This document shows positions 57,692 through 64,000 of a DNA stretch of 64,000 nucleotides, one piece after another. This stretch comes from Spirochaetota bacterium (lineage in GTDB: Bacteria > Spirochaetota > UBA4802 > JAFGDQ01), in the NCBI GenBank assembly GCA_043803405.1, contig JAZDKB010000020.1, positions 1 to 64,000 on the forward strand, in the 5' to 3' direction. Below the pieces are notes generated by a model. That model was not told the DNA's origin, made no database searches, and was given only the letters and a program-made list of their open reading frames with translations. Within the stretch, counting starts at the first letter, position 1, and the number at the start of each line of letters is the position of its first letter. The position numbers were made by a program, and so were the translations under genes.

Positions 57692-58702
57692 TTAACTTCT
57701 CCATGCGTTATTCTGTTTCATCAGGAGATATCCAAGTAGAGGCGCTCCTATAAAAGATGTAATAATGCTTATAGGTATTTCACCTCCAGGGAGAATTCGT
57801 ACTATTGTATCTGTTAAAAGCAGAAATGCCGCACCCAGTATCGCGGCAAACGGGATCAGAACATCGTGATCCGGGCCGATTATCATTCGCGATATGTGGG
57901 CAGCGATAAGGTCGACCCACATTATTATGCCGCAAGACGAGCTTCCTGCCGACACAATGAGCGTGCCGAATAGCATAAACATTATTCTCGCTCTTTTTAC
58001 GTTCACTCCCATCGACATCGCCTCTTCGTCTCCAAGAGCCATCAGGTTAAGCTTCCACCTGAATAAATATATCGCGCTTATTCCTCCCGATATTATTATT
58101 AAGCCGCGAATTACGTTGTTCCATGATACATTATTAAGCCCGCCCATTGACCAGAATATTATGGCTGGAAGCTGTTCGTACGGATCCGCAATATATTTTA
58201 AAAACGAGCCCGCAGCCTGAAAGAATGTAGATACAATAACGCCTGCTATAACAAGCGTAGTTATTGTGTTTACTCCGCGGCTCCCGATTATATAAACTAA
58301 AATGACTGCACTTACAGCCCAGAAAAAAGCAAGGCTTTCTATCGAGAACGCGTTTTTGCTGATAAATATAATCGCTATGGAAGCCCCGAATATAGCTCCG
58401 TGCATAATGCCCAGAAACGAAGGCGACACAAGCGGGTTTCTCATTAATCCCTGAAACACAACTCCTCCGGTTGAGAGAGCCGCCCCTGTGAGTATTGCCA
58501 TAAGCACCCTCGGCAGCCTCACAGACCATAACACTATGGACGGGGTGGATAGCTCTCCATCCGGAATCTGCCCGGTAAGCTTTAATAATATTATTTTCCG
58601 GAGTGTATCAAGTTTTATGTGATACTGGCCTGTTGTGAGGGCAAATATTATACAAAGAACCAGCAGGGTTATTATTATAATGAACGCGCTCTTTTTTCCC
58701 AT
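57692..58702 (-). CDS. Type II ABC importer permease (FecCD/BtuC/MolB family)
   Basis: VRLPRV..GAALS..FQGLMRNPLVSP, LGDEEAMSMGVN, EIPISIITSFIGAP. Confidence 0.9.
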   Translation of the reverse strand: MGKKSAFIIIITLLVLCIIFALTTGQYHIKLDTLRKIILLKLTGQIPDGELSTPSIVLWSVRLPRVLMAILTGAALSTGGVVFQGLMRNPLVSPSFLGIMHGAIFGASIAIIFISKNAFSIESLAFFWAVSAVILVYIIGSRGVNTITTLVIAGVIVSTFFQAAGSFLKYIADPYEQLPAIIFWSMGGLNNVSWNNVIRGLIIISGGISAIYLFRWKLNLMALGDEEAMSMGVNVKRARIMFMLFGTLIVSAGSSSCGIIMWVDLIAAHISRMIIGPDHDVLIPFAAILGAAFLLLTDTIVRILPGGEIPISIITSFIGAPLLGYLLMKQNNAWRS

Positions 58703-58706
58703 TTGA

Positions 58707-59495
58707 TTATTGCTTGTAGTCGGGCAGTACGTATTCTATGCCTCTATCCGTATTTTCTATTGTTACCCTCATGTCGTACATTGACTCAAGTGATTCCGCG
58801 TGAAATATTTTTTCCCGCAGTCCCTGATGCACAACGCAGCCGTTTTTCAGCATAATTAGCCTGCTGCAGTATCTGCCCGCGATATTCGGGTCATGGAGCG
58901 TTATAAGAGTCGTAAGATTTTTTTCTTTTGATATTTTTTTGATGAGTTCCATTATCGTATACTGGCGTTTAAAATCGAGATGAGATGTAGGTTCGTCAAG
59001 AAGCAGTATGCCTGCCTTCTGGAAAAGCGCCCTTGCTATAAGCACAATCTGTTTCTCACCGCCGGAAAGCTCGTTATAACGCCTTCCTGCAAGATACTCT
59101 ATGTTTAGTTCTTCCAACACTTCTATGGCGTTTAAATAATCCTTCTTCTGCGGTATGCCCGAAAAGCCGAAACGACTGCTGCCTCCCATGAGCACAATCT
59201 GCAGTACAGTAAAAGAAAATACAACGTTAAGTTCCTGGGGCACTACGGATATCTGCTTTGCGATTTCCTCACGCGAAAGCTTTGCCAGTTCGCGGCCGTT
59301 TATTACTATGCTGCCGGATTTACATTTTATTATTCCGTTTATGCATTTAAGAAGAGTGGTTTTACCTGAACCGTTTGGTCCCAGTAGCCCGCATATCTCT
59401 CCTGCCTCAACTGAAAAATTTATGTTGTTCAGAATATTTTTCTCGCGATAGCTGAAATCTATATTTTTAATCACAAGGATTTCGCTTTTATGCAT
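58707..59495 (-). CDS. ABC transporter ATP-binding protein (FepC/BtuD/MolC family)
   Basis: GPNGSGKTT, VPQ, LSGGEKQ, LLLDEPTSHLD, LHD. Confidence 0.92.
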   Translation of the reverse strand: MHKSEILVIKNIDFSYREKNILNNINFSVEAGEICGLLGPNGSGKTTLLKCINGIIKCKSGSIVINGRELAKLSREEIAKQISVVPQELNVVFSFTVLQIVLMGGSSRFGFSGIPQKKDYLNAIEVLEELNIEYLAGRRYNELSGGEKQIVLIARALFQKAGILLLDEPTSHLDFKRQYTIMELIKKISKEKNLTTLITLHDPNIAGRYCSRLIMLKNGCVVHQGLREKIFHAESLESMYDMRVTIENTDRGIEYVLPDYKQ

Positions 59496-59629
59496 AATTT
59501 GCCTTTAATTATTATATTTTGTATAATTTGCTCTTTCCTGAACCGACAGCAGCCGGGCTCCGGTGTACCTTATAAAACTTCTGAGTCATTCGCAAGTATA
59601 AGCTCAAAAACATTTATGTTCTTTTTTGT

Positions 59630-60688
59630 TTAATCCTTAATAGAAAACTCATCAAGGATCTGCCACGATTTCTCTTCCCCCTTGTTAATGAGTGCCTTCC
59701 ATGCAACCGTTATCTTTCTGTCGTCAATAGTAACCAGAACGTATCCGTGATAATCGTTGTTGTGATATTCGCCCTTTACCCGGCTGTCCTTATATGCGCC
59801 CGACCATGCCCTGAGCCTGCCGCCGCCTGTGCCTGCAATGATTTGTCGGACAGGGTTGCCTGCGCTGTCCGGAATAAGAGCCCTGTTATACATGTGGTCG
59901 TGTCCGCAAAAATAAATCTTTGCTCCTGCTTTCCCTATGCTGTCCCAAAAAAGATCGCGGTCTTTGGAAAAATAAGAAAGATTATCTTTGTGATTCGTTT
60001 CAAACGCTGGCTCGTGAGCATAGATAAAGATGTGGAGCTTTTTAATACCAGCAAGCTGGCGGTTCAGCCATTCCTGGTTTACTTTATGCTGGCTTCCTGC
60101 GTAAAGATCGATCCCGATAATTAACGCGTTTTTATGAGTAAAACTGTAAGTAAGCCCCTGTTCGCAGGCAGGCCCGTTTTGAGGTATATACGATTCATTG
60201 AATACTTCTTTAAATGCTTTCTTTAACTGTAAAGACGCATCCGGCGGAGGTTCCAGATGAGACGGTAATGGCGGCAATGCCAGGCGCTCCGGGCTGTCGT
60301 CGTGATTGCCGCGTACAGGATATACACGTATTCCTGCGCAATAAACCGCAGCCATAGCTTTCTTCCAGTCGGCATACTGGACGTTGTAATCTGTTCCATT
60401 GTTTTTCAGCCAGCCGTTTATAAGGTCGCCTGAAATGATCACAAATTCCGGTTTTTCTTTAACAATATCCTCTGCAATTAAGCGAACTATTTTATCATTT
60501 ATGCAGGATTTATTTATTTTATCATTATTATCGCTCTGCGTATCGCTAATAACTACAAATTTCCATTGCTTTGAATCCGCAGCAACAGGAACGCCGGTAT
60601 TAAAAATGCGTATTACAGCAAATAAAATTAAAGGAATAAGGAGGACAAAAGAATAGATCCTATGCTTAAGTTCGATTTTAGGCGGCAT
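59630..60688 (-). CDS. Membrane-anchored or exported calcineurin-like metallophosphoesterase
   Basis: N-terminal TM; SDTQ, SGDL, GNHD, AHEP, CGHDH. Confidence 0.85.
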   Translation of the reverse strand: MPPKIELKHRIYSFVLLIPLILFAVIRIFNTGVPVAADSKQWKFVVISDTQSDNNDKINKSCINDKIVRLIAEDIVKEKPEFVIISGDLINGWLKNNGTDYNVQYADWKKAMAAVYCAGIRVYPVRGNHDDSPERLALPPLPSHLEPPPDASLQLKKAFKEVFNESYIPQNGPACEQGLTYSFTHKNALIIGIDLYAGSQHKVNQEWLNRQLAGIKKLHIFIYAHEPAFETNHKDNLSYFSKDRDLFWDSIGKAGAKIYFCGHDHMYNRALIPDSAGNPVRQIIAGTGGGRLRAWSGAYKDSRVKGEYHNNDYHGYVLVTIDDRKITVAWKALINKGEEKSWQILDEFSIKD

Positions 60689-60727
60689 GATTTACACCTG
60701 TCTGATGGAATACGTCAAATTTGTTAC

Positions 60728-60751
60728 CGTTAAGTAGAAAAAAACATATCG
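60728..60751. promoter_or_regulatory. Weaker ModE-like box next to the leftward operon
   Basis: CGTTAAGT-N8-ACATATCG (6/8 and 6/8 to the strong box halves); minus-strand TTGACA at 60760-60765. Confidence 0.4.
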
Positions 60752-60808
60752 TAACCAACTGTCAAGTGTTTTATCCGTAAATTTTGTTAAAAAGAGTTGA
60801 CTAACCAT

Positions 60809-60832
60809 CGTTATATTTAAAAAAATATAACG
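60809..60832. promoter_or_regulatory. ModE-binding box
   Basis: Perfect palindrome CGTTATAT-N8-ATATAACG upstream of modD; TTGACT at 60797. Confidence 0.75.
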
Positions 60833-60932
60833 GCTTGGATTAATATTTTATTCTCAGGTAAATAAATTTCTAATTTCCTGCTTTACGCTCCCCGGCAAAG
60901 CTTGGAACTAAATGCTATTCAAAGGAGGCATT

Positions 60933-61787
60933 ATGTTTAATTTTATCCAGGATTCGGAAATAGACAGATTTATTGAAGAAGATATGCCGTATGGAGACCT
61001 GACAACTCATCTTCTCGGCATTGGAGAAAAAAAAGGCGAGATTGTATTTTCCTCCCGCGAAGAAACAATACTATGCTGCACTGAAGAAGCAGGCAGGCTG
61101 TTCGAGAAACTTGGAGCAAAAGTTACTTTGATGCTCGCAAGCGGAACAACAGTGCCTCCGAATACGGAATTTTTACGGGCGATGGGTTCAGCGCAGGCAC
61201 TGCACGCAGGATGGAAATCGGCGCTTAATCTGTTAGAGTACGCTTCAGGTATTTCCAGCAGAACAGGTAGGATTGTTGCAGCTGCGCGCGCGATGAATTC
61301 CTCTGTTATGATAGCCTCAACACGCAAATTATTTCCAGGGACAAAGAAAATCGCCATTAAAGCTGTGATGGCAGGAGGTGCGCTTCCGCATAGGCTCGGG
61401 CTGTCCGAAACAATTCTTGTCTTTAAACATCATGCTGTTTTCATGGGCGGCCTGGATGAATTTTTAAAGACAGTGCCAGAGCTTCATTCGAGTGTAAAGG
61501 AAACAAAGATTGTAGTCGAAGCAGATAATTCCGAGGAAGCGCTAAAAATTGCCTCGAGCGGTACGGACATTGTTCAAATAGATAAAATGAAACCCGCTGA
61601 ATTAAGCATGCTGGTTAAAAAAATACGTGCTATAGCACCGGAAGTAAAGATATCAGCCGCCGGTGGTATTAATGAATCCAATGCAGCCGAATATGCCGCA
61701 ACAGGAGTGGATATCCTCGTTCTTTCATCTGTCTATTTCGGGAAACCTGCTGATGTGAATGTCCGTATAATACCAATAAAGGAATAA
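60933..61787 (+). CDS. modD: ModD protein (quinolinate phosphoribosyltransferase-like)
   Basis: EDMPYGDLTT, STRKLFPGTK, AGGALPHRLGLSETILVF, QIDK; adjacent mod genes; GGAGG RBS. Confidence 0.88.
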   Translation: MFNFIQDSEIDRFIEEDMPYGDLTTHLLGIGEKKGEIVFSSREETILCCTEEAGRLFEKLGAKVTLMLASGTTVPPNTEFLRAMGSAQALHAGWKSALNLLEYASGISSRTGRIVAAARAMNSSVMIASTRKLFPGTKKIAIKAVMAGGALPHRLGLSETILVFKHHAVFMGGLDEFLKTVPELHSSVKETKIVVEADNSEEALKIASSGTDIVQIDKMKPAELSMLVKKIRAIAPEVKISAAGGINESNAAEYAATGVDILVLSSVYFGKPADVNVRIIPIKE

Positions 61788-61792
61788 TCAAA

Positions 61793-62530
61793 ATGATTAG
61801 ATTAATTTGTTTGCTAATACCTCTTTTTTTTATGCAAATTTCCGTATTTGCCGCTGAGATTACAATAGGGGCCGGAGTGGGATTAAAGAATGTTGTTAAC
61901 GACATTTCAACCGAATATATCAAAAAAAATCCTGATATTAAAATAAATAAAAATTTTGTCGCTTCCGGGGTTCTGGCAAAACAATTGGAAAGCGGAGCTA
62001 AAATTGACATTGTTATAGTAGCAAACAGGGAATGGATGGATTACCTGAAAGAAAAAAATCATGTAAATAACAGCAGCATTACCTCTTTTGCCTATAATAC
62101 TCTGGTTTTTGCAGGCAAAGGTATTAAAAGAGCTGAGTCTCTTAATGAAGTCATTAAGCTTGATAGAATCGCAATCGGCAGCCCAAAAAGCGTACCGGCC
62201 GGCGAATATGCGCTTGAAGCGTTTAAGAATTCCGGATTAGATAAGCAGCTTGAAAAAAAATTTGTCCTGACACGTGATGTACGGGAATGTCTTCTGTATG
62301 CGGAACGGGGCGAAGTTGACGGCGCTTTTGTATATAAGACAGATGCGCTTCTTTCATCTGCTGTTGTGATCTGGTTCAGCGTTCCACAAGAGTATTACAG
62401 CAGGGTAGTTTATCTGTCCGCACTAAGTGCCGCAGGGGCAAAAAATAAATATGCTGCAGAATTTTTTAGTTATATTAACAGCGATGAAGGGAAAAAATTT
62501 TTATTAAAATATGGATTTGAAATCCGTTGA
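61793..62530 (+). CDS. modA: Molybdate ABC substrate-binding protein, divergent paralog
   Basis: ASGVLAKQLESGA, IAIGSPKSVPAGEYA, DVR, FVYKTDA; GAGVGL in place of AAASL. Confidence 0.85.
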   Translation: MIRLICLLIPLFFMQISVFAAEITIGAGVGLKNVVNDISTEYIKKNPDIKINKNFVASGVLAKQLESGAKIDIVIVANREWMDYLKEKNHVNNSSITSFAYNTLVFAGKGIKRAESLNEVIKLDRIAIGSPKSVPAGEYALEAFKNSGLDKQLEKKFVLTRDVRECLLYAERGEVDGAFVYKTDALLSSAVVIWFSVPQEYYSRVVYLSALSAAGAKNKYAAEFFSYINSDEGKKFLLKYGFEIR

Positions 62531-62581
62531 TTGGAAGATCAGGATTAATACAAAATATTATATTAAGGAAGAAAAATCTTT

Positions 62582-63334
62582 ATGAAGAAAAAATCACTAA
62601 AATTGCTGTTATGTATATTTTGTACTGTATTGTTTGTTATCCCTGCCTTTGCAGGCGATATCAGTATTTCAGTAGCGGCCAGTCTTAAAGATGTAATGGC
62701 TGAACTGACGCAGAATTTTACCGTAAAAAATCCCGGGATAAAATTTCAAACAAATCTGGGCGGGTCCGGCGCGCTGGCAAAACAAATCGCAAGCGGCGCT
62801 CCTGCTGATATATTCTTTTCCGCGAACACGGAATGGATCGATTTTCTAAAAAGTAAAAAGCTCATAGAACAAAAGAATATAAGCATCATGGCTTATAATG
62901 TGCTTGTGTTCGTAGGGAAACCGGGTTTAAAAGCAAATAAAATATCGGATATTACAACTTTTGAAAAAATTGCAATCGGCAGCCCAAAAAGCGTACCGGC
63001 CGGGGAATATGCGATGCAGGCTATTAAAAAAGCCGGTATAGAAAAACAGCTTGAAAACAAACTTGTTATGGCAAAGGATGTGCGTGAATGCCTTATGTAT
63101 GCCGAGAAGGGCGAGGTGAGCGGAGCTTTCGTTTACAAGACAGACGCCGAAGAGAAGGCCAAAAATGTGAAGATTCTATTCGTTGTGCCTCAGGATATGT
63201 ATTCGCGTGTTACCTACCCGATGGCTTTAACCGCTGCGGGAACAAAAAATCCGGAAGCTGTTGCGTTTTATAAATTTCTGCAGACGGATAAAGCAAAGGA
63301 AATTCTTTTGAGACATGGCTTCAATATAAAGTAA
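62582..63334 (+). CDS. modA: Molybdate ABC substrate-binding protein
   Basis: VAASLKD, GSGALAKQIASGAPADIFFSAN, VPAGEYA, DVR, VYKTDA, YPMA. Confidence 0.92.
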   Translation: MKKKSLKLLLCIFCTVLFVIPAFAGDISISVAASLKDVMAELTQNFTVKNPGIKFQTNLGGSGALAKQIASGAPADIFFSANTEWIDFLKSKKLIEQKNISIMAYNVLVFVGKPGLKANKISDITTFEKIAIGSPKSVPAGEYAMQAIKKAGIEKQLENKLVMAKDVRECLMYAEKGEVSGAFVYKTDAEEKAKNVKILFVVPQDMYSRVTYPMALTAAGTKNPEAVAFYKFLQTDKAKEILLRHGFNIK

Positions 63335-63443
63335 ATTGTTTTCCCTTTTTCAGATTAAAATATTCTTTATATTTTTACGCCTTCATGGCTATACTTCAAC
63401 AAGTAAGTATTCAATAAAAATTTAGTCAAAATGAGTAAAGTTT

Positions 63444-64000
63444 ATGCCGGAATTTACTGCTGCGGATTATTCAGCAATTTTGCTTTCAATAAAAGTTGCG
63501 GTAACGTCAACTGTTCTATCTCTTCCATTCGGTTTTATAACTGCCTATATCATGACATATAAACGATTCAGGGGAATGATAGTACTGGATGTAATGGTCA
63601 ATCTTCCGCTTACCCTGCCCCCGGTTGTGATCGGGTATATTTTGCTTTTGCTTCTGGCAAAAGACGGGTTGATCAGCAGGATTCTGCTGCAGCCTCTCGG
63701 CATAAGTCTCATCTTCACCTGGAAAGCAGCGGTCATTGCAACTGCCATTGTGGGCTTCCCGCTAATGGTCAGGTCAATGCGAACAGGCATGGAAATGATC
63801 GACAGGCGGCTTATCCAGGCGTCGCGCACGCTCGGAGCCGGGCACCTGGACTCGATCATAACCGTGATACTGCCTCTTTCAGTGCGCGGGATAATCGCTG
63901 GCTCCATACTGATGTTCGCGCGCGGTCTGGGCGAATTCGGCGCTACTATTATTGTTGCAGGCAACATCCCGGGAGTTACGCAGACCATTCCCCTTGCCAT
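63444..64000 (+). CDS. modB: Molybdate ABC permease ModB (runs off the window end)
   Basis: Translated by hand: MPEFTAADYSAILLSIKVA..NLPLTLPPVVIGY..FTWKAA..FPLMVR..ASRTLGA..FARGLGEFGATIIVAGNIPG. Confidence 0.92.
   Translation, partial: MPEFTAADYSAILLSIKVAVTSTVLSLPFGFITAYIMTYKRFRGMIVLDVMVNLPLTLPPVVIGYILLLLLAKDGLISRILLQPLGISLIFTWKAAVIATAIVGFPLMVRSMRTGMEMIDRRLIQASRTLGAGHLDSIITVILPLSVRGIIAGSILMFARGLGEFGATIIVAGNIPGVTQTIPLA

Noticed and set aside
59496..60910. Cobalamin or Moco riboswitch ahead of the type II ABC operon
   Set aside because: No B12-box or Moco-RNA consensus was recognised in either intergenic stretch.
60933..61787. nadC (quinolinate phosphoribosyltransferase)
   Set aside because: HRLGLSETILVF and QIDK (not MLDN) plus the mod context fit ModD better.
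63545..64000. 151-aa minus-strand ORF
   Set aside because: Antisense shadow of modB, which the ORF track missed because it has no stop inside the window.

Overview
Bacterial chromosomal window, probably from a Spirochaetota lineage related to Leptospira (inference from the orphan FliG and FlgF/G paralogs, ComFB and FecR-domain proteins, several cNMP-binding proteins and DapL). About 1-35.5 kb is mostly housekeeping and accessory backbone: sirtuin, CIRCE-controlled triple Hsp20, fliG, lytic transglycosylase, a PTS EIIA-zinc-ribbon fusion, tRNA-Pro and tRNA-Val, argJ, GMC oxidoreductase, hicBA, lon, murA, flgF/G, dapL, rlmD and nrdJ. Its intergenic spaces carry several families of small palindromic repeats. 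A full-length IS66 (35590-38033, 8-bp TSD, tnpA frameshifted) sits inside a probable nucleotidyltransferase relic. It is followed by an AT-rich surface-glycan island (38.3-56.0 kb) with glycosyltransferases, several methyltransferases, Wzx, a CDP-C-methyl-deoxysugar cassette and an unusual B12-radical-SAM/radical-SAM-SPASM double fusion. The window ends with a divergon carrying ModE-like boxes: metallophosphoesterase plus a type II ABC importer on one side, modD-modA-modA-modB on the other. The most novel-looking signals are the double radical-SAM fusion, a covarying ~105-bp element with CAGGA(T/A)G hairpin loops, a 20-21-bp micro-element inserted inside REP-like repeats, and the ModE-box divergon. 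All calls come from motif reading only; no database searches were run.
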